From the IMG/VR virus record IMGVR_UViG_3300020122_000155, positions 1-64,000 of that record: a stretch of 64,000 bases of DNA; one strand, given 5' to 3'. Shown piece after piece: positions 50,360-61,873 of the stretch. The notes under the pieces were generated by a model. The model worked only from the letters and a program-made list of their open reading frames with translations. It made no database searches and was not told the DNA's origin. This DNA comes from a virus. Each line of letters starts with the position of its first letter. Position 1 is the first letter of the stretch. The position numbers and the translations under genes are program-made.

Positions 50360-50443
50360 GCTTCGGTAGCTTAAATGCTAGAGCGACCGGCGATCCTCAC
50401 GGGTTGTCGGTAGATGGTGGTGAAAGGCCATCCCGGAGCACCA
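50360..50443 (+). ncRNA. tRNA-like RNA with extended 11-bp arm and 4-nt loop, with CCA end
   Basis: GCUUCGG/CCGGAGC-A-CCA; ACCGGCGAUCC-UCAC-GGGUUGUCGGU; T arm GGUGG-UGAAAGG-CCAUC. Confidence 0.8.
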
Positions 50444-50565
50444 TCATTTTTTTCTTGCAAATATTCTGGATCTGGTTATACTTTTTACTATCCCGCAAGG
50501 ATAATTTTAGCGATAGCCGCCAGCCTTGATCTGGCGGCATATCGCCAGCCTATCAAGGAGGCTTT

Positions 50566-50835
50566 TTGAACCAGCCGCTAAGAGCGCCTTTAGCATCTCC
50601 ACCGCAGGCGCAACAAAAACCACCTGTCCCAATAAAGCCAAAGCCCAACGATCCCTTTCGAGAGCAGCTATCTCGTTTCAAGAAAAAGTTTGTTAGGGTC
50701 GTTACCACAGAGGGCAAATTTGAGGGTAAATTGATCTGCTTTGATTACGGATCTAAGGCCCTCGTGATCGAATCCGGCGACAGCCCGATACTGCTTTCCC
50801 ACTACCATTCCATCGTGATAATCGATGGCCAATAA
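50566..50835 (+). CDS. Sm/LSm (Hfq-like) fold protein (probable)
   Basis: AAGGAGG SD; helix then V.V.T..G.FEGKL..FD...LVI....L.....I pattern of Sm1/Sm2. Confidence 0.55.
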   Translation: MNQPLRAPLASPPQAQQKPPVPIKPKPNDPFREQLSRFKKKFVRVVTTEGKFEGKLICFDYGSKALVIESGDSPILLSHYHSIVIIDGQ

Positions 50836-51653
50836 TGAAGCGGCCCTGGATGCAATTGTACACTAGGGACTGGCTCGACAGCACGGAATTGAGGCGCTGT
50901 TCACCATTGGCTCGCTCCGTTTTAACGGACCTAATGTGCATCGCCCATGAGGGCGTCCCTTATGGGCATTTGACCGACAAAATCGGTCCATTAACGGACG
51001 AGTTTATGTCTTCGCGGTGCGTCGTACCGCTTCCGACATTCAGAAAAGCAATTCTGGAACTGCAACAAGCAGAAAGACTTCACAAAGACGATAGCGGCGT
51101 CATGTTCATCAAGAGGATGGTCTTGGACGAGGACGTAAGGGTACGTAGGGCGGCTGGCGGCAAAGAAAGCATAGGCCACCCAAATACACACCCTCCAAAG
51201 ACAAAAGAAGGGTACCCTTCTTTTGGAAATGACTCACGCGGGCGCGCGCCCGCTGACTCTGAATCTGTAAGTGAAGGTTTTATAAAATCAGAAAATCAGG
51301 AAGCGAAAACGGAACTCGTTTTGGCGAACGAGATCGATATGGTTTTGTTCGAGGAGTTGCTCGGTCTTTTTGTGGCGCTCGGTCGCGGGTTGACCATCGG
51401 CGACAAGATGCGATGCCAGAACGAGTGGTTCGCGCTGCAATCCGCCGAGCGGAAATTGGCACACAAATTCGCGATGCAGAACCTCGCCGACTGGCAAAGC
51501 CGGGAAACCAGCAAAATTGCCCAACCGTGGAACTATTTGCGCGAGCGCCATTGGGAGCGGGCGGCTCCGAGGATACTTGAGCGCACCCGACCGCCGACAA
51601 AAGCGCAGGAAGCGCACGAGCGGGCAGCTAGGGCATTCAGGGAGGGCACGTGA
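50835..51653 (+). CDS. Phage replication initiator-like protein
   Basis: RPW.QLY..DWL....L..CS..AR....DLMC.AH...YG.L N-terminus. Confidence 0.7.
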   Translation: MKRPWMQLYTRDWLDSTELRRCSPLARSVLTDLMCIAHEGVPYGHLTDKIGPLTDEFMSSRCVVPLPTFRKAILELQQAERLHKDDSGVMFIKRMVLDEDVRVRRAAGGKESIGHPNTHPPKTKEGYPSFGNDSRGRAPADSESVSEGFIKSENQEAKTELVLANEIDMVLFEELLGLFVALGRGLTIGDKMRCQNEWFALQSAERKLAHKFAMQNLADWQSRETSKIAQPWNYLRERHWERAAPRILERTRPPTKAQEAHERAARAFREGT

Positions 51654-52168
51654 GAGACAAAATTATCGATGGCGTCCGGGCGATGAGTTGTATCCCGTAC
51701 TTCCCGCGCGATGAACATGCGCAGAGATCGATCATGGAGCAAGTTGCCCGGTTCGTGGATCGTCCAGAACGGATGGAATGGCTGACGGCGGCGGCGATTA
51801 GCGCTATGCGCGAGTGGAGCGGGGTCGCGGATTTGCGCGGCCTGTACTGTACGCGGTTCAAGCCAGCGGACGGGCATGAGGCTGACTGCCGATTGCCGGG
51901 ATTCACCGCCGACGACAACGAAGCTGCGTACATCGAAGCGAAAAGCCGAGAAACCGAGCGGAAGATGGTCGAATTTGGCGGCTTCGCGCACAGGCAAATC
52001 GAGGGGACCGTGATCGACGTTAGCGTGGCGATCAAGCCGATTGACCCTCCGCCGCGACCACGGAAAACCGTGAACCCGGTTACGATTCCGGCAACGCCAA
52101 AGCGCACGCCGGAGGAACATGAGGCCGAAGTGAAGCGGCTGGCGCAGGCGATAGGGATGGCGCTGTGA
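51650..52168 (+). CDS. Replication-module hypothetical protein
   Basis: GTGA overlap after the initiator. Confidence 0.55.
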   Translation: MRDKIIDGVRAMSCIPYFPRDEHAQRSIMEQVARFVDRPERMEWLTAAAISAMREWSGVADLRGLYCTRFKPADGHEADCRLPGFTADDNEAAYIEAKSRETERKMVEFGGFAHRQIEGTVIDVSVAIKPIDPPPRPRKTVNPVTIPATPKRTPEEHEAEVKRLAQAIGMAL

Positions 52169-52859
52169 AAAAGCTGGCGTGTTTGCTCGGATTCCACGAC
52201 CACGAGATAACCAGAAAGTTCTTTTGGGGCAACGTTCATCGTGCGGAATTGCATTGCAAAAACTGTGGGAAACGGTTCGAGGGTATGGCCTGCGACGGGA
52301 TCAACGTTGGCTATGTCGTTGCGGCTCCTTGCCCGTCCGATATTTGGCTGGCGTATGATCAGGGGCATTTTCGGGACGGTGGCGCATGACGTTCACTGAA
52401 ACCGCAGCCGCCATGCGCCGATTGGCAGACGGCATCGACAAAATCGTGAAGCAACAAGGACACGACGCGGAAACAGGCAAGCCGAAGCCGATGCTCGACG
52501 GTGAAGCTGGAGTTGGCGGAGCGGCGCTGCTTTGCTACCTGCGGGATTGTGTGACGACGGCGGGACGTGATTCGTGGGACCGGCCAACGTTGCTGGTTTT
52601 GCTGGAGACGATCAGCCGGGATGCGGAGATTTTTCCTTGTGGCGTTGGTGCAACGATGTGGGCGGCGGAGGACGAAGATGCCGAAGTTTAAGACTTGCAA
52701 AAACTGTGGATCGGCTGAGGATGTCGGAATCTTCGTTCGCAACTGTCCAGGATGCGGCGCGAAGTATGAGCCGGATGAATGCACCTGTGGCCTTCACCTT
52801 GGAGAAAAACTAAAGCCGTATGTGGTGCCGACGATGGAAGAGATTCTGCGGGAGAAAAA

Positions 52860-53837
52860 GTGAACGAAGAACAAGAACTAGCCGGACTACTTGAGCAGCA
52901 CAATAATCAGCCGCCGCGACCGAGCAACGTCGAGCTAGCGTCATCGCCGCCGATGCGAACCGGAACCGATGTCGATTTCGCCCAGTGGCAGATTCTTTCG
53001 AACGGGAAGTATCGGCCAGGAGCAAAGACGCGAGAGAAGCTGCCTGCCGCCGTCTACCGCGCCGGTCAGGACGATTTCGGCCCGTTCCTGGAGCTAATCA
53101 GCCTTGTCTCTGACGACTTCGTAGAGCTTCCAGAACCGGCGCATATTCGCGTACTCGACGGCATTCGAAAGTTCTGGCGGTCGCGTGAGCGTTACGAAAA
53201 ACATGGCCTGTTGTATAAGCGCGGCGTGCTTTTGTGGGGACCTCCAGGAGCCGGGAAAACGGTGTGCATTCACCTGCTGATGGCGGAGATCGTCAACAAG
53301 CATGACGGCATTGTTCTGCTGGCTGACAATCCCGATTTGACGGTGGCCGTCCTGCGATTCTTCCGCCGCATCGAGCCGACGCGCCCGTTGATTGTTGTGT
53401 TCGAGGACGTGGACGAAACCGTGAACCGATTCGGCGAACACTCCCTGCTTGCGGTACTCGATGGAGAACACCAAACGTCGAACATCGTCTATCTGGCGTC
53501 AACCAATTACCCGGAGCGCCTTGGTGCGCGGATCGTCAACCGTCCTTCGCGCTTCGATGAACGAATCAAGATCGGTATGCCGTCGAGCGCAGCGCGGATG
53601 GGGTATCTCAAAAAAGCGATAGGGACCGGCGATGTGAATGTCGAAAAATGGTGCTTAGAGACGGACGGAATGAGTATCGCGCATCTTCGCGAGCTTGTGG
53701 TTGCGGTGCTCTGCTTGGAGCAGGATTATGAGACTGTTCTTGCTCGGCTGAAGGCGATGGAAATCATGCCAAAACCGGAGGATGGATTCAAACACGCGAA
53801 GTTTGGACTCGAAAACGCAATGCGTGGTTTACGATGA
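52860..53837 (+). CDS. AAA+ ATPase
   Basis: RGVLLWGPPGAGKT, VVFEDVD, STNYPE.L...RPSRFD. Confidence 0.9.
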   Translation: MNEEQELAGLLEQHNNQPPRPSNVELASSPPMRTGTDVDFAQWQILSNGKYRPGAKTREKLPAAVYRAGQDDFGPFLELISLVSDDFVELPEPAHIRVLDGIRKFWRSRERYEKHGLLYKRGVLLWGPPGAGKTVCIHLLMAEIVNKHDGIVLLADNPDLTVAVLRFFRRIEPTRPLIVVFEDVDETVNRFGEHSLLAVLDGEHQTSNIVYLASTNYPERLGARIVNRPSRFDERIKIGMPSSAARMGYLKKAIGTGDVNVEKWCLETDGMSIAHLRELVVAVLCLEQDYETVLARLKAMEIMPKPEDGFKHAKFGLENAMRGLR

Positions 53838-55000
53838 ACGAAGCCGACTTGAAGATAATCGCCGAGCGCGAGGAGCGCGAAAAGACGCCGTGGATGTGGT
53901 GGCACTGGCAGAACCTCAACGACAAAAAGGGCGGCGGTCAAGGCTCTGGTTTGCGCCACGGTCGATGCTGGTGGCACTTCCGCACGAAGAGTCGCAGGCC
54001 AGGGCCAACAATCCAGTTCTCTTGGAATCTGTGGTCGCATTTTTGCGGCATCGGAGTTGACTGGGACGACGAGGATTTGACGTTCAGCGCCGCGTTCCCG
54101 CCGTTCGCGTTCTGGCTGTCGCTAAGCACAAATTTCGCGTGGATAGACAAGATCCTGCCGCACAAGGTTCTGTCGCCAAACTACCCGGACACCATCGTTG
54201 TCGATAAGCGCGAGATCGCGATAAAGATCCACAACGGCTGCGTCTGGATTCATCCATATTCGAAGTCGATGGAGTGGGTGAAGGCCGATCCGTGGTGGGT
54301 GCGTGGGGTCAGCTTCAGCATCAATCCGTTCGAAGCAAAACATCAGCGCCATGAAGTCCGGCGCGCCGATGGTTCTTGGGTGCCTTACGTCGGATCGTGG
54401 GAAGTTGGGCCGAGTCGCGGAGAGGGAATCGGCGGGCAGTTAGGTGGGAAGGAACCGGACGGACGCGAAGAGTTCAAGTATCCGTACACCTACGTTCGCA
54501 AAAACGGGGAGGTTCAGCAGCGAACGGCTACGGTGTTTGTTGACCGGCGTGCATGGCGTCCACGGTGCCTTCAGTGGACTTCGCTATTCGAGGATCAGCG
54601 CCAGTGCATCGACGTTTCCTTTGACGACGAAGTGGGCGAGCGCAGCGGATCGTGGAAGGGTGGCGCGGTCGGGTGCGGCTACGAGATGCTTCGCGGCGAG
54701 ACGGCGGAAGAGTGCTTACGGCGCATGGAGCGCGAGAGGAAATTCTTGATGCGGTACATCGTAATCTTTCAGCAGGTAGTCGGGAATTGGGAAATCTGCT
54801 ACTCGTGGGACGGCGAGAAGTTCACGAACTACATCGATGCGAGGAGCCACGGATTTGAAACGCGCGGTTCGGATGATTTCAATATCGGAGTTTTGAAAAA
54901 CGGACGCCTGATTTCATTTCGGTGGATGGATGAGGTTCTCGACTTTCCACTTTGCGAGATCGCGTTGCACATCGGACTGAAAGCGAACAAGGCAGCGTGA
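53834..55000 (+). CDS. Trp-rich hypothetical protein (possibly two fused genes)
   Basis: 388-aa ORF; junction ..MERERKF-LMRY.. Confidence 0.55.
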   Translation: MNEADLKIIAEREEREKTPWMWWHWQNLNDKKGGGQGSGLRHGRCWWHFRTKSRRPGPTIQFSWNLWSHFCGIGVDWDDEDLTFSAAFPPFAFWLSLSTNFAWIDKILPHKVLSPNYPDTIVVDKREIAIKIHNGCVWIHPYSKSMEWVKADPWWVRGVSFSINPFEAKHQRHEVRRADGSWVPYVGSWEVGPSRGEGIGGQLGGKEPDGREEFKYPYTYVRKNGEVQQRTATVFVDRRAWRPRCLQWTSLFEDQRQCIDVSFDDEVGERSGSWKGGAVGCGYEMLRGETAEECLRRMERERKFLMRYIVIFQQVVGNWEICYSWDGEKFTNYIDARSHGFETRGSDDFNIGVLKNGRLISFRWMDEVLDFPLCEIALHIGLKANKAA

Positions 55001-55875
55001 GATTCTTCGCCGACAACGCGGACTACAGGAGGGCCTTAGCTATGGTCGATAGATCGCACTCATTCCCGCCAAAAGACGCTCCGACCTGCATTTTGTGCGG
55101 AGACATTGGGCTCAACGACCACGCGGGAACATGGAAGTTTTGTCTCTGTGAAGCCGGTCAGGAACTACTCAAGGGCGATCCTGAAGCGGCGGCGCGCGCA
55201 CAAGAGAAGTTAGACAGACTGGAGGGTTTGGTGAGATGACACAAGAAGCAGAAGTGGTTTTGATGATTCGTGGATCGATTTCGACGCTCGACCCGGAGAT
55301 GCAATCGCGCGTTCAGGACGCCTACAGCGCGATCATGCAATTGTCCGTGACGTATGGGCCTGAAGCGGCTGGCTTCGCAATCGCGCTGCGTGGCGCAGAA
55401 ATGGCGGCAGCGGAATGAAGTGTCAGGTTGCTTGGAAGTTCACGCGAGATGCCAATTGGGACGCAAAAATTCCCGTTGAGGGATGCGGACAAACCGCCAC
55501 GCATCGGGCAATTTCAACGAACGGATCGGTGTTGAATATCGTGCAAGTCTGCGAGGAATGCGCGATGCTGGCTGCGCCACTGAAGTATAAAACTGACCAT
55601 TTTCAAGGCATGAAGGCCGGAGATCCGCTGTGGGCGATATTCCCGCCAATCCCTGATCCGACACGATATAGCTGGCGACCAATCGCCGAAATGCATGAAG
55701 ACTACGGGCCGTGCGTGGTGATCGACATTCGAGATCCCGGACGCCTAGCCATAGGCCACGTCTGCGACGTAGAGCGCGACTGGGAGGAGTGGGCGACCCA
55801 TTTCACGCGAATAACGCCGCTCAGCAATGAAGAGGGCGAAGCGATGCTGGCCGAGCTAGAGAAGGAAACTCCGGC

Positions 55876-56241
55876 ATGAACGCCTTGCACGAATACACCA
55901 CCACCGAAGTCTCCGCCGCGATTGGCCTTACTCCGCGCCAACTCCAATGGCTCGACGAAAGATCCATCATCCAGCCGCGCCACATCGGGCACAAGCGCTA
56001 CTACTCGACGCAGGAGGTCCGCGAAGCACGGTTAGTCGCAGAGCTTCGGAAGAAGGGCCTTTCGCTGCAAAAGTGTCGTGGCATCGTCAAACAGGTGCGG
56101 AATCGGTTGACGCACCCGGACATGTACGTCGTGACGGACGGCAAAAACGCCTTCGTTGACACGGATTCAAAGCGCATTGTGAACATTTTCAAGGGCTCGA
56201 AGATCCCAATGCTGCTGGTTTTCTTGCCGGGGACCAAATGA
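55876..56241 (+). CDS. MerR-type HTH regulator
   Basis: YTTTEVS..GLTPRQLQWLDE..I.P....R.YS...L..LRKKGLSLQ. Confidence 0.8.
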   Translation: MNALHEYTTTEVSAAIGLTPRQLQWLDERSIIQPRHIGHKRYYSTQEVREARLVAELRKKGLSLQKCRGIVKQVRNRLTHPDMYVVTDGKNAFVDTDSKRIVNIFKGSKIPMLLVFLPGTK

Positions 56242-56602
56242 CGCCAGAACAGAAGGAAATTCAACGGCTGAGGAAGGGATGCCTAGCGGCCTATGTGCGC
56301 TCCGGGCATTTGGTGGGCACCGATGCAGAGTGGATGCTGGACAACTGGCTGGCGCTCGCGGAAGGGCGTATGCCGCCGCGTCCAGGTTGGCCCTTGGTAA
56401 GCCCCAAGGGTAGCATCCAGGCGCAAAATAACCTTTTGGACCGTCCGCGCCGAATCCCGAGCCGGGATGCTCGCGCGCGCCGCCGCCGCGAAATGCTGGA
56501 GAATAGCAGGTCAATCGTAAACAGAGACAATATGCGATCTTTTTGGGCGAGCTTATCGCCAGAGGATCGGGCGAGGGAAGTAAATCGGAGAGTGGGCAGG
56601 GC

Positions 56603-57316
56603 ATGAGCGAACCGCGCGAAAGGCCGATCCTTTTTTCTTCGCCGATGGTCCGCGCTATTCTATCCGGCGCTAAAGTTCAGACACGCCGGATCGTCAAGCC
56701 GCAGCCGGTGCGAGACCACGAATACCTTGGTGGGTGGGCGATCAAGACGAAGCGCAATGACGTGTCAGTCGCTAGTATCAACCAGGGCATCTATCCCGAA
56801 GCGTGCCCATACGGAAAAGTGGGAGATAAACTTTGGGTCCGAGAGGGGCTTCACCGGCCAGATGGAGATCCTTGGCTGTATCGCGCCGACGACTTGCCCG
56901 TGATGGTTGACAAGGCGGAAGAAACCGCGATGCTCGTTTGGGCGCACCACAAAGAGCAAGACTATTGTCCCGGTATTCACGCGCCGCGTTGGGCCTCGCG
57001 CATCACGCTTGAAATAAGCGGCGTCCGCATCGAGCAATTGAATTGCATCACCGAAGCTGACGCACTCGCCGAAGGCATCCATCGATTCAAATTGCCGAAC
57101 GGAAATGTGTATGGATACGATCCGAATGGGACGCCAGGAAAGATGGTCATGGATTCGGCTACCGACGCCTACGCCGCGCTCTGGGAGAAGATCAACGGAG
57201 CCGGTTCATGGAAGAACAACCCCTTTGTCTGGGTGGTTTCATTCAAACGAATTAAATGCTACGTCGAACCCGCGTTAAGCGCAAACGCACAAAGCCGCGC
57301 CGAGGGAGAATCGTAG
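56603..57316 (+). CDS. ASCH-like phage protein
   Basis: ERPILFS.PMVRAIL.G.K.QTRR, CPYG..GD.LWVRE, ASRITLEI..VR.E.L..I...DA.AEG, NP.VWV. Confidence 0.85.
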   Translation: MSEPRERPILFSSPMVRAILSGAKVQTRRIVKPQPVRDHEYLGGWAIKTKRNDVSVASINQGIYPEACPYGKVGDKLWVREGLHRPDGDPWLYRADDLPVMVDKAEETAMLVWAHHKEQDYCPGIHAPRWASRITLEISGVRIEQLNCITEADALAEGIHRFKLPNGNVYGYDPNGTPGKMVMDSATDAYAALWEKINGAGSWKNNPFVWVVSFKRIKCYVEPALSANAQSRAEGES

Positions 57317-57591
57317 ACCGCGAACGCTTGGCGTGGACGGCGCTTCAGCCATGCTGGATAACCGGCGAGATTCCGGCGACTGTGCATCATGTACGTTTCT
57401 TCGGATCACCCAAAGACGATACGCGCACCATCCCCCTAGTCGCGCGGCTGCACATGCTCACGCATGAAATCTCCGGTCAGTTTTGCATTGAACGAGGGAA
57501 ACGAGTGTTCGAGGAATTTTGGGGCGTAAACATCGAGGACGGCGTTGCTAAGTATCAGCGGCTCTACGCGGAGTTTTGCGGCAAAAATTAA
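57256..57591 (+). CDS. DUF968/HNH-like protein
   Basis: LAW....PC.ITG....HH.R....DD..TIPL...H. Confidence 0.6.
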   Translation: MLRRTRVKRKRTKPRRGRIVDRERLAWTALQPCWITGEIPATVHHVRFFGSPKDDTRTIPLVARLHMLTHEISGQFCIERGKRVFEEFWGVNIEDGVAKYQRLYAEFCGKN

Positions 57592-58117
57592 ATTATTGAC
57601 GAAGTGCAAAAATGGTGCATAATGAGTGCATGGCAAAGCGCATCCCGGTATGGAGGAAAGATCAAAAGCTAGAGCGCTTGCATCCAAAGCCATTACGATC
57701 CCGCCTCAATCTTCACATTCCAGAATCGTTAAAAGATCGCCTGAGAATGCGAGCAGAGCGCGAAGGGGAGACCTTAACGGCGTGTGCTATTCGCCTACTC
57801 AAGGATGGCGTGCAAAGATGAGGAGATTTTATGAGCGAACAATGCGGGTGCCGGATCGAGACGAACGGGGACAAAGAACGTGTATTCGGCAAGGAGTTAA
57901 AGATCGCCTACTGCCCCCTTCACCGAGCGGCAGATAAGCTGCTGGAAGCGTTGCGGAATTGTTTATGCCAAACATGCGGTCATCGCTTTGGCTGGACGGA
58001 GCCGCATGGTCCAAGAGACTCGCAAAATATGAGAAGTGACTGGGCTAAGTGCTCGACTTGTAAATTGCCACGCGCCGCCATCGCGCTTGCTGAAGGTGAG
58101 TCAGTGAAGGCGGGGAA

Positions 58118-58720
58118 ATGAAATGGCGCATCGCAGGAATTGTGCTGGCGTGGCCTATTTCTACCGTCATTGTGTGGGGATTGCTTGCGATCACGGCACA
58201 TTGTCAGGTCATGGCTACGATGGAGTTCATGTCGAGCGCGGGGACTGCGCCATTGATCGGGAGAGGTGTAGCGGCTGCGACGGTTAACATTCATGTCTGC
58301 CCCGTAGGGCCGCTTCCAGTGTCTTTCGACTGGCTGCGCTTCGAGTTCCCTGAGATTCGCTTGTACAGCTTGGAGCAGCAATCAGCAATTCTTTCGCAGC
58401 GTGTGGCGGAATCTCTGCCTGCTAGAATCGCGAAGTGGGGCGGGCGCGCGGTCGAAGTAGGCGGCGTGGCGGTGCAAGCTGAGTCGGCACTGAAGAAATC
58501 TCCCTCGCAGGTGGGAACGGTGGCGACGGTTAGCGGGCTGGCGATCCAGCTTGCAGTGGCATGGGCGTCGAAGGATGTGCCGAAGTATGTGATTTCTAAC
58601 CCAGTTCCGCAAACCCTGACGCTCAAGGATTGCGCGGATTACACCGCCTTAGCAGTTTATGGGAAAGCGCCTGCGGTGGTCGGCCCTAGGCGCGTGGACC
58701 CGATAGGAGTGAAGCCGTGA
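58118..58720 (+). CDS. Membrane/secreted hypothetical protein
   Basis: Hydrophobic N-terminus. Confidence 0.5.
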   Translation: MKWRIAGIVLAWPISTVIVWGLLAITAHCQVMATMEFMSSAGTAPLIGRGVAAATVNIHVCPVGPLPVSFDWLRFEFPEIRLYSLEQQSAILSQRVAESLPARIAKWGGRAVEVGGVAVQAESALKKSPSQVGTVATVSGLAIQLAVAWASKDVPKYVISNPVPQTLTLKDCADYTALAVYGKAPAVVGPRRVDPIGVKP

Positions 58721-59253
58721 AATTCGCTTACGCAGACCCACCATATATCGGGCAGGCCAAACAGCATTACTCACACGACCCGCTCTGTGCGGAAGTGGAT
58801 CACCGTTTGTTGATAGACCGCTTGATGACGGACTTCCCTGATGGGTGGGCGCTGTCGGCCAGCACGCCTTCTCTGTCTGTGATCCTGCCGATGTGTCCTC
58901 CAGGTTGGAGAATGGGCGCTTGGTGCAAATCGTTCTGCGCTTTCAAGCGCAACGTGCGGCCTGCCTATGCTTGGGAGCCTGTAATCTTCTACGGAGGCCG
59001 CAACCCGATGAATGGCCATCGGGCGGCTATTCCAGAGAAGAATGGCAAGCAGACGACCCCGAAAGACTTCATTGTTGCGCCCATCACGCTTCAGAAGGGG
59101 TTAGTGGGAGCGAAGCCGATAACGGTTTGTCACTGGATTTTGGATCTCCTTAATTTCCAACAAGGCGACACGATGGAGGATCTTTATCCAGGAACGGGAG
59201 TGATGAGCATGGCTCTCGCCCAAAGAACAATAGTGGCCCTAGGATTAGCATGA
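58717..59253 (+). CDS. Small DNA methyltransferase
   Basis: YADPPY, W.K, WEP, GAKP, DLYPGTG. Confidence 0.75.
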   Translation: MKFAYADPPYIGQAKQHYSHDPLCAEVDHRLLIDRLMTDFPDGWALSASTPSLSVILPMCPPGWRMGAWCKSFCAFKRNVRPAYAWEPVIFYGGRNPMNGHRAAIPEKNGKQTTPKDFIVAPITLQKGLVGAKPITVCHWILDLLNFQQGDTMEDLYPGTGVMSMALAQRTIVALGLA

Positions 59254-61618
59254 CAGCCAAGCGAATTGCGGAGAGGGCGCTGGAACAAGGGCAAACGCAA
59301 GCCCTGCTTGGTAGAGAGGTGGGTAGCCTTTGTGTTCTGTTGGAGGCTTTTAATTTGATTGCGAAATACGGAAATAATATTCCGCAGCGTTCATCCACCG
59401 AGCCCGCGAAGCCCGAAGCCACAAGGAACGAGGCCGGGAAATGAGCTGGAGCGCAGAATGCCTGCATAGAATGTGTTCTGCCTGCAATTTTGAGGATTGT
59501 GAATGCAGGCATCATTTATTAGAGGCGATGGATGATGATGTGTCCACTGCGGATTATGTTGTAACGGAGGTAAGTCAGGAAAGGGTTGTCTATGGCTACT
59601 GCATCTTGTGTGAAGCATTTGATGGATATAAGGCAGGCGTGATGCTGTGCGATGAATGTCAATCCGGCACATCCAGCGGCAAAGGGGAGTGAGATGGCGG
59701 AAAATAGCAAGGTGCTGACGCGGGCGCAGTTGGATGTGATTAAGGACGAAGTTTGCTGCAACGATGTTGTCATGTTACTTGCCTTCATCGAGGACCATCT
59801 CCTGCCAATATGCAAATTAGCAGGAAGCGATACAACGCATTATGCAGAAGGGGCTGGAGGGCTTGAGGATTTGCGTCGTAAAGCCAATCGCATTGTTCGC
59901 GAAGGGGGCTACTGAGATGGCGGAACAAGCGGGAATGACGGAAGGGATGTCGGAGCGCGAGAAGTTTATTCGAGGGGCACAGTTCTGCATTCACGACGAA
60001 GATGCGGGAAATTATCTCATTGGTGTCATAGACGTAATCCGCGAGGATAGAAATCGCCTACGCTCCGAGAACGCGGCAAAGGACGAAGAGATTGCGCGGC
60101 TAGGATTCGCAGTACGGAACGTGATGGAAGCGACTGGCATCACATTGGATAATCCATCTGGAGATCTGGCTGACGAACTAGCTAATGTCATGCAGGCGTT
60201 CATCATGGACAAATCGAACGACGTGAAAGCAGTCCAGGCGCAACTGGCCCAGGCCCGTAGGATTCCAGGATGCCCTGAAGGGATGCGGGTGGTAAAAATT
60301 GGTCCCTTGGTATTTTCAGATCGTGGGGATATTAGGCAGGCATGGCTGGAGCCCTCCGAAGAGGGCGCGGCCTCGCAATTTCACTACGACGTTTCGCGTG
60401 ATGCGAGCGGCTCGATAAAGTTCCAAATCAACGAGTCGGATATTCCGCGAGCGTTTCATCCGCTGAATGCCGCTGAGAACAAGGGCTCCACTTCGCCCGT
60501 ATCTGCTGAGGCCCCGGCCTGTACGGAATCCGAATCGGCCATCAAGTACAAACATCCCGGACCAGTGGGAACGAACTTCCTAGATGCAGAGCAAGCAGAG
60601 GCGATGGTTCGGCACATGATAGAAGGCCTACCATCCGTGCCAGCGGAGACGCCAAAGGTGAGCATTGAATATCTCGGAGAAGTGTTCATGGAGACAGGGG
60701 GGTCTATTTATGGGAGCGATCAAGATCTTGATAATGGCATCCGTGCCGTAGCCCGCGCCTTGGGGTGCGAGGATCGAATCGAGGAGGAGAAATAAGATGC
60801 TCGGATTTCCGAACGCAGAACAGTTGAAGGCCATGGAGGTCGAAGGGATTCAGCAATTCCTAGACGGCATCAGGGCGCAGATACCGCAGTTAGTCGCAGC
60901 GCTTGCGAAGCTGGGGGAGACGCATCGAGCACGGATTACCATGCCAGCGGACGGCAAGGGCGGGGTGATCGTGGAATAGGAGGAGAAGGCATGAAATTCT
61001 TCGAGAACACTCAGAGGTTCGATCTAGCTGGCCGCTTTTCTGTGGAACAACGTCGCTTTGGATGGATGCTAAGAAAGCACCCGAAGGCGAAGGGTATTTG
61101 TAGTAAGCGCGGGGCGCATTGGCAACTAATAGTTCATCATGACGGGTTATCTGATTTATCCGATGCTGACTTGGATGCCGTTCACGACGATGCCCTAGCG
61201 CGAGTGTGGTCGGTGATGCGGGCCATCGGAGAAGAGAAAAAGAGACGAGCAGAGCCCGTCCAAGACGCAACGCTGACGGAGGCCGAAACGAAATGAACAA
61301 CGCCGATAAATTGGCCTCAGGCAGCATCCCGGCTTCGCTCGAATCGGAGCAAGTTCGACAGCCGACCAAGGTTGGCATCGCGGTTGAATGCGTGGTGTGC
61401 GGCCTTCGCAAGGTTCCGCGTGGAAGGTCAGCCCCGCTGGAAATGGCGAACTCGATGTGCGACTACGAATGCCACGGCTATTATCAGAAGCCTTTCGTGG
61501 GCTGCTTATGGCCGGGAGAAACCGACGCGGATTTTGGTTATCCGTGCGGTGATGACGGAATAGTAGCTTTTGTGCCCTCCTCCTCAGTCAGCACCGAAGC
61601 GCAGAACGAGGCCATCAA

Positions 61619-61873
61619 ATGAGCGAATCGGCGTTAGGCGGTTGGGCAAATCATGGAGGCAAGGTAGCCGGATTATCGCAAGCCCTGGCGTGTCCGTTCT
61701 GCGGCGAACAGCCACTCATCGTTCCGTGGCATGGCGGCGGTCCGCGAAAGCGAAATGTGTTTTGCGCAAACGACACCTGCTTAGTGCAGCCGGGGGTTTG
61801 TGGGACTACTGAGAATCGTGCCCTTGAGAATTGGAACTATCGACCACCTAGGAAAAGGAGCGTAGCGGCATGA
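61619..61873 (+). CDS. Lar-like restriction-alleviation protein
   Basis: CPFCG...V.C....C.......A...WN.R. Confidence 0.6.
   Translation: MSESALGGWANHGGKVAGLSQALACPFCGEQPLIVPWHGGGPRKRNVFCANDTCLVQPGVCGTTENRALENWNYRPPRKRSVAA

Noticed and set aside
54735-54760. Programmed fusion in the 388-aa ORF (AAATTCTTGATGCGG)
   Set aside because: It could be two genes joined by a one-base change at a TGATG overlap, but this cannot be supported without homologues.
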